Assembly (NCBI GenBank): GCA_965228475.1
Contig: OZ245817.1
Coordinates: 1,184,001-1,248,000, forward strand
DNA: 64,000 nt
Source of the DNA: Myxococcota bacterium
GTDB lineage: Bacteria; Myxococcota_A; UBA9160; JAFDDA01
Reading direction: 5' to 3'
Both the position numbers and the translations under genes were made by a program. Positions 14,486 to 26,095 of the stretch are shown one piece after another (the first letter of the stretch is position 1; each line of letters begins with the position of its first letter). Under the pieces are notes generated by a model. It saw only the letters and a list, made by a program, of their open reading frames with translations. It did no database searches and was not told where the DNA came from.

Positions 14486-15376
14486 ATGTATCGCGAGTAC
14501 TACGGACTCATACGGCGTCCCTTCGAGATGACGCCCGACCCGTCCTTCCTCTACCTCGGGGAAGCGCATCGGGAGGGGCTCGCCATGCTCCAGTACGCCG
14601 TGGAGTCGCGGAAGGGATTCGTCCTGCTCACCGGCGAGGTCGGCACGGGCAAGACGACGCTCCTCCACTCGCTGCTCTCGCAGCTCGATGCGCGCACGCA
14701 CTCGGCCTTCGTGTTCAACCCGCGGCTCAAGCCGATCGACTTCTTCAAGGTGGTCTTCGACGAGTTCGGCATCGAAGAGCCCTGCCGGACCAAGGGCGAG
14801 TACCTGATGGCGCTCAACCGGTTCCTGATCTCGAAGCTCGAGGCCGACGAGCCGACGCTCCTGATCGTGGACGAGGCCCAGAACCTCTCCCCCGAGATGC
14901 TCGAGGAGATCCGGCTGCTCTCGAACCTCGAGACGCCGACCTCGAAGCTCCTGCAGATCATGCTCGTCGGTCAGCCCGAGCTGAAGGAGATGCTCGCCCA
15001 GCCCGAGCTGCGGCAGCTGCGCCAGCGCATCGTCCTCCGGCACCACCTGCGGCCCTTCAACGCGCCGGAATGCGCGTCCTACATCGACGAGCGACTGCGG
15101 CTGGCGGGCTACACGGACAAGGCGCTGTTCGACCGCGGCGCGCTCAAGGAAATCCACGAGGTCACTGGGGGGATCCCCCGGCTCGTGAACATCGTGTGCG
15201 ACGGGGCGCTTCTGCTCGGGTTCTCCCGGGAGATGGCCCAGATCGACCGCAGGGCGGTCGCCGAGGTGGCGCGGGATCTGGATCTTGCGCCGGGCGACGG
15301 ATCGGCCGAGGAGACGGAGGGGGAGCCGGCCCGGGCGCCCCGGCGGAAGCGAGGATTGTTCGACCTGTTCCGGTAG
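14486..15376 (+). CDS. ExeA/GspA-like AAA ATPase
   Basis: Motifs YYGL..RPFEMTPDP, GEVGTGKTT, IVDEAQNL and GGIPRLVN. Confidence 0.9.
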   Translation: MYREYYGLIRRPFEMTPDPSFLYLGEAHREGLAMLQYAVESRKGFVLLTGEVGTGKTTLLHSLLSQLDARTHSAFVFNPRLKPIDFFKVVFDEFGIEEPCRTKGEYLMALNRFLISKLEADEPTLLIVDEAQNLSPEMLEEIRLLSNLETPTSKLLQIMLVGQPELKEMLAQPELRQLRQRIVLRHHLRPFNAPECASYIDERLRLAGYTDKALFDRGALKEIHEVTGGIPRLVNIVCDGALLLGFSREMAQIDRRAVAEVARDLDLAPGDGSAEETEGEPARAPRRKRGLFDLFR

Positions 15377-15399
15377 GCTCTGGGACGGCAGGAGAAGCT

Positions 15400-16251
15400 A
15401 TGGGCAAGGTATACGATGCACTCCGCAAGGCGGAAAGCGAGCGATCGCGGCGTCTCGACGTCGACGTCGCGGCGCCGCCGGTTGCCGAGTGGGACAAACC
15501 CGCGCGAGCGCGGGACCAGAAGAGGGTCCCGTTCTGGCGACGGTTCCTTCCCGGCGGTGGGAAGACCGAAGAGGCTCCGGCCGCCTCCGCGGACGTGGGT
15601 GCGCCGAACAAGCGTCGCATTGCGATGCTCCAGCCCGATTCCTACGTCGCGGAGCAGTTCCGGACCCTGCGGGCGCGCATCGATTCGATCGCGTCCGAGC
15701 GGCCGATTCGCACCATCACCATCACCAGCGCCGACAAGGGCGAAGGCAAGACCATCGCGGCGGTGAACTTCGCGCTCGTGACCGCCATGAGCGTCGGCCG
15801 ACGCGTTCTGCTCGTCGATTGCGACATGCGTCAGCCCCAGGTCCACCGGACCCTCGGCCTGCGGCCCGAGACCGGGCTGGCGGAGGTGCTCACCGACCAG
15901 GCGAGCCTCGAGAACGCGATCATCAAGGTCGACGGCATCAACCTCGAGGTCCTGCCCGTGCGCGCGCTGCCGCCGAACCCCTCGGAGCTCCTGGCTTCGG
16001 ACCGCATGCGCCAGGTCGTCGAGGAGCTGGCGCGGGGCTACGACACGGTCGTGCTCGATTCCCCCGCGGCGCTCGGCATCCCGGACGCCAAGAGCATCTC
16101 CGAACTCACCGACGGACTCCTGCTGGTGGTCCGGGCCGACGTCACGCCGGAGGACGAGGTCGAGGCGGCGCTCGACATCCTCGACCGCCGGCGCGTGCTG
16201 GGTCTCGTGCTGAACGACGCGGACATCGCGAACCCGAGCAGGGCCTACTGA
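15400..16251 (+). CDS. CpsD/CapB family bacterial tyrosine (BY) kinase
   Basis: Start MGKVYDALRKAE after GGAGAA; motifs AEQFRTLR, Walker A GEGKT, A' LLVDCDMR and B VVLDSP. Confidence 0.9.
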   Translation: MGKVYDALRKAESERSRRLDVDVAAPPVAEWDKPARARDQKRVPFWRRFLPGGGKTEEAPAASADVGAPNKRRIAMLQPDSYVAEQFRTLRARIDSIASERPIRTITITSADKGEGKTIAAVNFALVTAMSVGRRVLLVDCDMRQPQVHRTLGLRPETGLAEVLTDQASLENAIIKVDGINLEVLPVRALPPNPSELLASDRMRQVVEELARGYDTVVLDSPAALGIPDAKSISELTDGLLLVVRADVTPEDEVEAALDILDRRRVLGLVLNDADIANPSRAY

Positions 16252-18381
<2,130 letters not shown>

Positions 18382-18415
18382 GCCGGCCGCTCCGACTCCT
18401 TCCGGGAGCCGAGGG

Positions 18416-19375
18416 TTGAGTCCGGCCGCTTCGGTTCTCGTGACCGGTGCCGCCGGCTTCATCGGCTCGACCCTCGTCGACCGGCTCCTTTCCGAAGGTC
18501 GGCGCGTCACCGGGTTCGACTCCTTCGACCCGTTCTACCCGGAAGCCCAGAAGCAGCGGAACCTCGCCGGTGCGCTCGCCTCGCGAGACTTCACCCTGGT
18601 CCGAGGCGACATCCGGGATGCGGCCGCGCTCGGCCGCGCCTTCGAAGAAGCGCGGCCCGACGCGGTCGTGCACCTCGCGGCGCTCGCGGGCGTGCGGCCG
18701 AGCCTCGAGCGGCCGGGCGACTACTCGGACGTGAACGTGCTCGGGACGACGCGCGTGCTCGATGCCATGGTGCGCAACGGCGTGCCCCACGCCGTGGTCG
18801 CCTCCTCCTCCTCGGTCTACGGCGAACGCGAGGACGGACCCTTCCGCGAGGTAGACCCGGTGGAGCGCCCGATCTCGCCCTACGCGGCGACCAAGCGCGC
18901 GGCCGAACTCGTGGCCCACACCTTCCACCACATCCACGGGACGACCACGACCCAGGCGCGCATCTTCACCGCCTTCGGCCCGCGCCAGCGGCCGGACCTC
19001 GCGATCCGCAAGTTCGCGGACCGGATGCTCGCCGGTGAGACGCTGCCGATCTACGGCGACGGGACGGCCGTGCGCGACTTCACCTTCGTCGAGGATCTCG
19101 TGACGGGCCTCGTCGCTGCGCTCGACGCGCCCCTCGGCTTCGCCCTGGTGAACTTCGGCGCCGGTCGGACGATCTCCGTCAACGACGTCGTGGCGGCACT
19201 CGAGCGCGCGCTCGGCGTCTCGGCGCGGGTCGAGCGCGGCGAGCGCCAGCCCGGGGACGTCTCGAAGACCTGGGCCGACGTGAGCGTTGCCCGGGAACGG
19301 CTCGGGTACGCCCCGAAGACCTCCTTCGACGAAGGCATCGACCGCTTCGTCGCGTGGCTGCGGGAGCCGCGTTGA
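18416..19375 (+). CDS. NAD-dependent epimerase/dehydratase (UDP-glucuronate 4-epimerase-like)
   Basis: Motifs TGAAGFIG, HLAALAGVRPS, SSSSVYG, YAATK and RPDLAI. Confidence 0.85.
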   Translation: MSPAASVLVTGAAGFIGSTLVDRLLSEGRRVTGFDSFDPFYPEAQKQRNLAGALASRDFTLVRGDIRDAAALGRAFEEARPDAVVHLAALAGVRPSLERPGDYSDVNVLGTTRVLDAMVRNGVPHAVVASSSSVYGEREDGPFREVDPVERPISPYAATKRAAELVAHTFHHIHGTTTTQARIFTAFGPRQRPDLAIRKFADRMLAGETLPIYGDGTAVRDFTFVEDLVTGLVAALDAPLGFALVNFGAGRTISVNDVVAALERALGVSARVERGERQPGDVSKTWADVSVARERLGYAPKTSFDEGIDRFVAWLREPR

Positions 19376-19391
19376 GCGCCGGGGAACACCG

Positions 19392-20048
19392 GTGAGCCTC
19401 GACGGCCGTCGGGTCCTCGTGACCGGCGCCGCCGGGCGTCTGGGCAGCCGGCTCGTCGGCGAGCTGCTCGCCCGCCGTGCGAGCGTGCTCGCCTTCGACG
19501 ACGGTTCGACCGGCGACTTCGCGCGGCTCGCACCCCACGAGGGCGCGATCGAACTCCGACGGGGCGACGTGCGCGACGCCGCCGCGCTCGCACGGGCCTG
19601 CGAAGGCCAGGAGGTCGTCTACCACCTGGCCGCGCGCGAGACCGGTCCGGTGCTCGAGCTCCACGCCGTGAACGCAGAGGGCGCCCTGCGCGTGCTCGAA
19701 GCCGCTCGCGGGGCGGGCGTTGCCCGCGTGGTGGTCGCTTCGCGCGAGAGCAGCGCGGCGCCCCACGCAGCGGTGACGATCCAGCAGCGTTGCGCGGAGC
19801 GCTACGCAGCCCTCTTCGCGAGCCTGTACGGGCTGCCCGCGCTGGCCCTGCGCTACGATCCGGCTCCCGGCGCTGCAGGGGGTTCGGGGGCCGGGCGAGA
19901 GGCCTCCGCGCCGGTCACCGCCGCGCTCTCGGTCGAGGACGCCGCCCACCTCACCTGCCTCGCGGGCGACCCGGACCGAGCGCTGCACGAACCGTTGGAC
20001 CCGGCAAAGCGCGAGCCGTTGGAATCATCGAAGGGAAGAGTCGGATGA
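19392..20048 (+). CDS. Degenerate short NAD-dependent epimerase-like protein
   Basis: Rossmann TGAAGRLG and VYHLAA are present, but the YxxxK motif is missing and the C-terminal domain is short. Confidence 0.6.
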   Translation: MSLDGRRVLVTGAAGRLGSRLVGELLARRASVLAFDDGSTGDFARLAPHEGAIELRRGDVRDAAALARACEGQEVVYHLAARETGPVLELHAVNAEGALRVLEAARGAGVARVVVASRESSAAPHAAVTIQQRCAERYAALFASLYGLPALALRYDPAPGAAGGSGAGREASAPVTAALSVEDAAHLTCLAGDPDRALHEPLDPAKREPLESSKGRVG

Positions 20049-21355
20049 ACGTTTGCATCATCGGGACCGGCTACGTCGGTCTCGTCACCGGCGCCTGCTT
20101 CGCCGAGTTCGGCGTCAACGTGACCTGCGTGGATCAGGACGCGGGCAAGATCGAATCCCTCGAGGCCGGGCAGATCCCGATCTACGAACCAGGCCTCGAG
20201 GAGATGGTCGCGCGCAACGTCCGCGAGCAGCGCCTCTCCTTCAGCACCGATACGGCGGCATCCGTGCACAACGCCCTGGTCGTCTTCATCGCCGTGGGCA
20301 CACCGCCCCGGGAGGACGGCAGCACCGATCTTTCCTACGTAGAAGCCGTCGCACGCGACGTCGGCCGCGCGATGGAGAGCTACAAGGTCGTCGTCACCAA
20401 GAGCACGGTGCCCGTGGGCACCGGGCGGCGGGTGCGCGAGGTGATCGAGGAAGAGCTCGAGAATGCCGGCCGCGACGTCCACTTCAGCGTGGCCAGCAAC
20501 CCGGAGTTCCTGCGCGAAGGCGCCGCGATCGGCGACTTCATGCGCCCGGACCGTGTGGTGGTCGGCGTCGAGGACGAACAGGCCGACGCGATCCTGCGCG
20601 ATCTCTACCGGCCGCTCTTCCTGATCGAGACCCCCTTCGTGGTGACGAATCTCGAGAGCGCCGAGGTCTCGAAGTATGCGGCCAACGCCTTCCTCGCCGT
20701 GAAGATCTCCTACATCAACGAGATGGCGAATCTGTGCGAGCGCATCGGCGCGGACGTCCACGACGTGGCGCGCGCGATGGGCCTCGACCAGCGCATCGGG
20801 AAGAAGTTCCTCCACCCCGGTCCGGGCTTCGGCGGCTCGTGCTTCCCGAAGGACACGCGTTCGATCGCCCACTTCGCGAGCGATGCGGGGGAGGGGCTCG
20901 AGATCATCGACGCCGCCATCCGGGTGAACGACCGCCAGCGGGAGCGCATGGCCGAGAAGATCGTCGAGGCGCTGGGGGGCGACGCGTCGGGCAAGACGGT
21001 GGGGATGCTCGGCCTCTCCTTCAAGCCCGAGACCGACGACATGCGCGAGGCGCCGTCGCTGGACATCGTGCGGATCCTGGAAGGGCAGGGTGCCGTGGTG
21101 CGGGCCTTCGATCCGGTCGCGATGACCGTCGCCGCCGCGTCGCTGCCGCAGGTTCAGATGTGCAAGGACGCCTACGAGGCCTGCGAAGGCGCCGACGTCA
21201 TGGTGCTCGTGACGGAGTGGAACCAGTTCCGGATGCTCGACCTCGAGCGCCTGCGCCGCATGCTGCGCAGCCCCGTGGTCGTCGACCTGCGCAACGTCTA
21301 CGAGCCCGAGCCGATGCGCGCCGCGGGCTTCCGCTACGTGTGCGTCGGGCGCTGA
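20045..21355 (+). CDS. ugd: UDP-glucose/GDP-mannose 6-dehydrogenase
   Basis: Motifs IGTGYVGL, KSTVPVGT, NPEFLREG, GGSCFPKD and FKPETDDMRE. Confidence 0.93.
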   Translation: MNVCIIGTGYVGLVTGACFAEFGVNVTCVDQDAGKIESLEAGQIPIYEPGLEEMVARNVREQRLSFSTDTAASVHNALVVFIAVGTPPREDGSTDLSYVEAVARDVGRAMESYKVVVTKSTVPVGTGRRVREVIEEELENAGRDVHFSVASNPEFLREGAAIGDFMRPDRVVVGVEDEQADAILRDLYRPLFLIETPFVVTNLESAEVSKYAANAFLAVKISYINEMANLCERIGADVHDVARAMGLDQRIGKKFLHPGPGFGGSCFPKDTRSIAHFASDAGEGLEIIDAAIRVNDRQRERMAEKIVEALGGDASGKTVGMLGLSFKPETDDMREAPSLDIVRILEGQGAVVRAFDPVAMTVAAASLPQVQMCKDAYEACEGADVMVLVTEWNQFRMLDLERLRRMLRSPVVVDLRNVYEPEPMRAAGFRYVCVGR

Positions 21356-21389
21356 GGCAGCGTATGCCTCCTCTCGTGACCGGGTCTCC

Positions 21390-22490
21390 ATGGCGCGCCT
21401 GCTAGCGCCCTCGCTTCGGCGCCGGGTCCACGCCGTCGTCCTGGCCGGCGGCTCCGGCCAGCGTTTCTGGCCGCGCTCGCGCAAGGCCCGGCCCAAGCCC
21501 CTGCTCCGCGCCACGGGGGGGCTTTCTCTCATCCGCGCCACGGTCGAGCGGGCAAGGCCCGTCGCCGCCCGCGACGGCGTCTGGCTCGTGTGCGCGCGGG
21601 ATCACGCCGGCCCGATGCGCAGCGAAGCGGGCCTGCCCGCGCGGCGAACGATCGTCGAACCGCGCGGACGCAACACGGCCATGGCCGCCGCGGTGGCCGC
21701 CACGCGCATCGCCGCGGAGGACCCGGAGGCCATCCTCGTCGTGCTGCCCGCGGACCACGTGATCCCCGACGCCCGCGCGTTCCACCGCGCCCTGGCCCGG
21801 GCCGTTCGCGCGGCGGCCGAGGCCGAGGTGCTCGTGACCCTCGGCGTCGAACCCACCCGCCCGGAGACGCGGTACGGCTACATCCGCGCCGGCAAGCCGG
21901 CGCCGGGCTTCGACGGGCTCCACCGGGTGTCGCGCTTCGTCGAGAAACCGACCGCGGCCGTGGCGCGGCGCTGGCTCGCGGGCGGGAAGCACCTCTGGAA
22001 CGCCGGCATCTTCGTCTGGCGCGCGGCGACCCTGCTCGAGGAGGTGGAGACCCACGCTCCGGCCCTCCACCGGGCCCTGGCTCCGGTCCGCCGCTGTCCC
22101 CGTGGCCGCGGAGCCGCCGCCGCCCTGGCCGCCGCCTACCGCCGGGCGCCCTCGGAGCCCATCGACGTGGCCGTTCTCGAGCGCAGCAAGCGGGTCTGGA
22201 CCCTGCCCGTCGACTTCCACTGGAACGACGTCGGGACCTGGGATTCCCTGGCCCGGGAGCTCGGCGTCGGTGACGGCGATTCGCGTCTCGTGGCCGGGGA
22301 GGCCATCCTGGAGGAGGCTCCGGGCAACCTCGTGTGGGGAGAGGACGGCCGGTTGATCGTCCTGCTCGGAGTGGAGGATCTCGCGGTGATCGATACACCC
22401 GATGCCCTGCTCGTCGCGCGCCTCGACAAGAGCCCCGAGGTGAAGCGCGTGGTCGAGCGCCTGGCGCGCAAGCGCCCGGGCCTGGTGTAG
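21390..22490 (+). CDS. manC: Mannose-1-phosphate guanylyltransferase
   Basis: Motifs LAGGSGQRFWPRSR..PK, EPRGRNTA, FVEKP, WNAGIF and WNDVGTW. Confidence 0.9.
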   Translation: MARLLAPSLRRRVHAVVLAGGSGQRFWPRSRKARPKPLLRATGGLSLIRATVERARPVAARDGVWLVCARDHAGPMRSEAGLPARRTIVEPRGRNTAMAAAVAATRIAAEDPEAILVVLPADHVIPDARAFHRALARAVRAAAEAEVLVTLGVEPTRPETRYGYIRAGKPAPGFDGLHRVSRFVEKPTAAVARRWLAGGKHLWNAGIFVWRAATLLEEVETHAPALHRALAPVRRCPRGRGAAAALAAAYRRAPSEPIDVAVLERSKRVWTLPVDFHWNDVGTWDSLARELGVGDGDSRLVAGEAILEEAPGNLVWGEDGRLIVLLGVEDLAVIDTPDALLVARLDKSPEVKRVVERLARKRPGLV

Positions 22491-22502
22491 GCGGAGGCAA
22501 GG

Positions 22503-23174
22503 ATGGCTCCGAAGCCCGAAGACGGCATCGACATCCTGGCGGCGATGCCGCTCTTCCAGGAACTCTCGCGGTCCGACCTCGGCGCCCTCGCCGAGCAGTT
22601 GATCGAGCGCCGCTTTCCGCGCGACGCCACGATCATCCAGGAGGGGCAGGCCGGCGACTACATGTACATCCTGCGCGAGGGGCGCGTGAAGGTGACCAAG
22701 GTCTCCGGCGCCGGGCGAGAGAAGATCCTCGAGATCCTCGAAGCCGGCGCGTTCTTCGGCGAGATGGCCCTGCTCGACCCGCCCGAGCGCTCGGCTTCGG
22801 TGAAGAGCCTCGATCCGGTCCGCCTGCTGGCGCTCTCGCGGCAGAGCTTCCTGAACGCGCTCGACGAGGTCCCCGGCATGGCGATGGTGATCATCCGCGA
22901 GCTCGCCCGGCGGCTCCGCCGCACGGACGAGGAGGCGAGCCACATCCCCTATCAGAGTGTGAAGGAGCGGACCCGCGGGCTCCTGCGCCGGCTGGCGACC
23001 GAGGAGGCGCCCGAGGGATGGCGGCTCTCCCCGGCGCTGACCCATCAGGAGGTCGCCGACATGGTCGCGACTTCGCGGGAGACCGTGACCCGGGCCATCA
23101 AGCAGCTCAAGCAGGACGGGTGGCTGCGCCAGGAGGGCAAGCGCTACCTGATCCGGCCCGACGACCCCGAGTGA
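22503..23174 (+). CDS. Crp/Fnr family transcriptional regulator
   Basis: cNMP-binding FGEMALL..RSAS and HTH SRETVTR. Confidence 0.92.
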   Translation: MAPKPEDGIDILAAMPLFQELSRSDLGALAEQLIERRFPRDATIIQEGQAGDYMYILREGRVKVTKVSGAGREKILEILEAGAFFGEMALLDPPERSASVKSLDPVRLLALSRQSFLNALDEVPGMAMVIIRELARRLRRTDEEASHIPYQSVKERTRGLLRRLATEEAPEGWRLSPALTHQEVADMVATSRETVTRAIKQLKQDGWLRQEGKRYLIRPDDPE

Positions 23175-23305
23175 GTCGCCCGTTCCGCACCCGGAGCCGG
23201 CCCGCGGGCTCCCCGAGAATCTTCGGGAGGCCGGCCCGATCCGTCCGCTTGAACCTGTCCTACGCTTCGACTACCTAGCGCTTCGATCTTCCGAGGAGGC
23301 TCTCC

Positions 23306-25765
23306 GTGACGACGTTCCATTCTTCGCGCCCGATGCTGCGGTTCCTGGCGCCTGCCCTGGCGGCCCTGCTGTTCGCGAGCGGCTGCCAGGACGACTCCGC
23401 CCGCGTCCAGGAGCACATCGAGCGCGCCGACGCCTACGTCGAGGAGGAGGCCTACCCGGAGGCGATCATCGAGTACAAGAGCGCCCTCCAGGTCGACCCG
23501 AACCTGGCGGAAGCGCACTACGGGCTCTCCCAGGCCTACCTCAAGCAGAACCAGGTCCGGCAGGGCTACTGGGAGCTGCGCGAGACCGTCCGCATCGACC
23601 CGAGCCACGTGAAGGCGCGGGTCCAGTTCGGCCAGCTCTCGCGGCTCGCCGGCGAGATGGAAGAGGCGCTCACCCAGGCCGACGCCATCATCGCGCTCGA
23701 ACCCGAGCACGAGTCCGCCCACATCCTGCGCGGGCAGGCGCTCGAGGGTCTCGACCGGCCGGAGGAGGCGCGACAGGCCTACGAGAAGGCGCTCGAGGTG
23801 ACCCCCGACGGCGCCGCGGCGCTGCTCGTCCTGGCGAGCCATCTGCGCAAGGTCGGCGCCCGCGAGGAGGCCGAGCCCCTGCTGGTCCAGCTGACCGAGA
23901 AGGAGCCGACCTTCGCCTCCTTCATCGCCTACGCGGGATTCCTCGCCGAGGAGGATCGCCTCGAAGAAGCCGAGGCGAACTACCGCAGGGCGCTCGAGGT
24001 CGCCGAGGAAGATCGCAAGAGCCTCGCCTACCGGACGCTCGCGAGCTTCTTCTACCGCCAGGAGCGCGTGGCCGACGCCGAGAAGATCCTGCTCGAGGCG
24101 ATCGAAGCCCAGCCCGAGGACCTCGAGCTCATCTACCTGCTGGCCCGCTTCTACCGGGCCGAGGGGCGCGGCGAAGAGGCCGACGGCATGATCGAAGCGG
24201 CGACCGTCGCCAAGCCGGACGACGTCCAGCCCCAGCTGATCCTCTCGCTCTATCGCGGGCGCCAGGGCGACAAGGCGGGGGCGCTCGCCGCCGCCGAGGC
24301 CGCCCTCGAGATCGATCCGACCCACGTCGGTGCCCGGCTGCGCAAGGCGGAGCTCCTGGTCGAGCAGGGCAACCGCGAGGACCGGCGCGAGCTCGTGGCC
24401 CAGGGCCGCAGCATCGTCGACGCCATCCTCGCGAAGGACTCCGCGAGCGCCGAGGCCCTGTTCGTGCGGAGCAAGGTGCATCTCGCCGACGGCAAGGTCG
24501 ACGAGGCGATCAGCGACCTGCGGCGCGTGCTCGACCTGCGGACGGGCTGGGCCCAGGCGCACCTGATGCTCGGTTCGGCCCTCTCCCTGCGCGGGGATCA
24601 CCTGGCCGCCCGGTCCGAGCTCCAGCGCGCCCTCGAAGTGGACGCAGGGCTCGTCGAGGCGCGGCGGGCGTTGGCGCGGGTCCAGGCCGCGCTCGGCGAG
24701 AACGAGGCCGCCGTCGCCGAAGGCCGGAAGGTCCTGAACGAGAACACCGAGGACGACGGCCTGCGCATCCTCGTGGCCCAGAGCCTGGTGCGCCAGCGCC
24801 GCTTCGCGGACGGCCTGGCCGAGCTCCAGCGCATCCCGAACGAGCGCCGCACGGCCGAGGTGCTCTACGCCATGGGCCGGATCCATCGCATCGAGGGGCG
24901 GCAGCAGCAGGCGCGCTCTCACTTCGAGCGCGCGCTCGAGCAGCGCCCGAAGCACCCGGACCTCCTGCGCGTCCTGCTCGAGCTCGACCAGCGCGACGGG
25001 CGCCTGCCGGAATCGCGCGCACGGATCGAGGCCGCCGCCGAAGCCGAGCCCGAGAACGCCCAGCTCGTCCACCTGGCGGGGCTCGTCGCCCTGCTCTCGG
25101 GCGAGGCGCGCGATGCCGAGGTGCTCCTGCGCAAGGCGATCTCGCTCGATCCGAACCAGCTCCGCTTCTACGAGACCCTGGCGCGCTACTTCCAGGCCTC
25201 CGGGCGCTCCGGGGAGATGCTCGAGACCTACGAGAAGGCGATCGCGGCCCGGCCGGACTCGGCGCCGCTCCACCTGATCGTCGGCACCCTGCACGAGCTG
25301 CGCGGCACGCCGAGCAAGGCGAAGGAGTTCTACGAGAAGGCGATCCAGCTCGACCCCGAGCTCGCGCCGGCCAAGAACAACCTCGCCTACCTGCTGGCCG
25401 AGAGCGGGGAGAATCTCGACCGCGCCCTCGACCTGGCCCAGGAGGCCAAGGCGATGCTGCCGGACAACGCCAACACCGCGGACACGCTCGGTTGGGTGCT
25501 CTACAAGAAGGGCATCCCCTCCGCCGCCATCGGCTACCTCCAGGAGGCCGACGAAGGCTTCGACGTGCGAAACGCGAACTTCGGCGTGGTGCGCCACCAC
25601 CTGGCGCTGGCCTACGAGGCGAACGGCGAGAAGGACAAGGCCAAGGCCACGCTGGAGAGCGCGCTCGCGGACCTCGCCGAGGCCAAGGGCGACCGCGACA
25701 TCCCGGACCCGCCCTGGGCCGCCAACATCCGCGCCATGCTCGACCGGTTGAAGAGCGAAGGCTGA
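23306..25765 (+). CDS. TPR-repeat lipoprotein (PrsT-like)
   Basis: GAGGAGG RBS, lipobox ASGC, many TPRs, and C-terminal NNLAYLLAE..DTLGWVLY. Confidence 0.85.
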   Translation: MTTFHSSRPMLRFLAPALAALLFASGCQDDSARVQEHIERADAYVEEEAYPEAIIEYKSALQVDPNLAEAHYGLSQAYLKQNQVRQGYWELRETVRIDPSHVKARVQFGQLSRLAGEMEEALTQADAIIALEPEHESAHILRGQALEGLDRPEEARQAYEKALEVTPDGAAALLVLASHLRKVGAREEAEPLLVQLTEKEPTFASFIAYAGFLAEEDRLEEAEANYRRALEVAEEDRKSLAYRTLASFFYRQERVADAEKILLEAIEAQPEDLELIYLLARFYRAEGRGEEADGMIEAATVAKPDDVQPQLILSLYRGRQGDKAGALAAAEAALEIDPTHVGARLRKAELLVEQGNREDRRELVAQGRSIVDAILAKDSASAEALFVRSKVHLADGKVDEAISDLRRVLDLRTGWAQAHLMLGSALSLRGDHLAARSELQRALEVDAGLVEARRALARVQAALGENEAAVAEGRKVLNENTEDDGLRILVAQSLVRQRRFADGLAELQRIPNERRTAEVLYAMGRIHRIEGRQQQARSHFERALEQRPKHPDLLRVLLELDQRDGRLPESRARIEAAAEAEPENAQLVHLAGLVALLSGEARDAEVLLRKAISLDPNQLRFYETLARYFQASGRSGEMLETYEKAIAARPDSAPLHLIVGTLHELRGTPSKAKEFYEKAIQLDPELAPAKNNLAYLLAESGENLDRALDLAQEAKAMLPDNANTADTLGWVLYKKGIPSAAIGYLQEADEGFDVRNANFGVVRHHLALAYEANGEKDKAKATLESALADLAEAKGDRDIPDPPWAANIRAMLDRLKSEG

Positions 25766-26095
25766 CCTCCTCGGCGCCGGGCCGGGCCCTTGCGCGGGCT
25801 CGGCGCGGCCGATGCCGCTTCATCCACAGGCAACGCATCCGTACGTTGTGAGAACTGGACGCTCGCGCCCCGCGCCCGACGGCGCGGTGGCGGGCGTGTG
25901 CGCGGGTCCGGTGCCCGGGCGCGCCGCCTCTCGCGCCCCGGCGCGGCTTTGCGGCGGCCCGTCCACAGTTGCCGGACAGTTGCGCATCTATTTGATCTTC
26001 AAGGGAAATCGTGGTCGGCCGATGCAAAAACGTGGCGTCGTTCGCCCCGCCGAAGCGCGGGTGCGGCGGCGGCCCGAGAGCCCTTGGAGGGGAGC

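Noticed and set aside
25820..25828. DnaA-box-like TCATCCACA
   Set aside because: Isolated 8/9 match, with no box cluster or origin-linked genes.
25847..25862. Possible Crp site beginning TGTGA
   Set aside because: The second half-site (GACGC) matches TCACA poorly.
26011..26026. Possible sigma54 promoter TGGTCGGCCGATGCA
   Set aside because: GG-to-GC spacing is 9 rather than the required 10.
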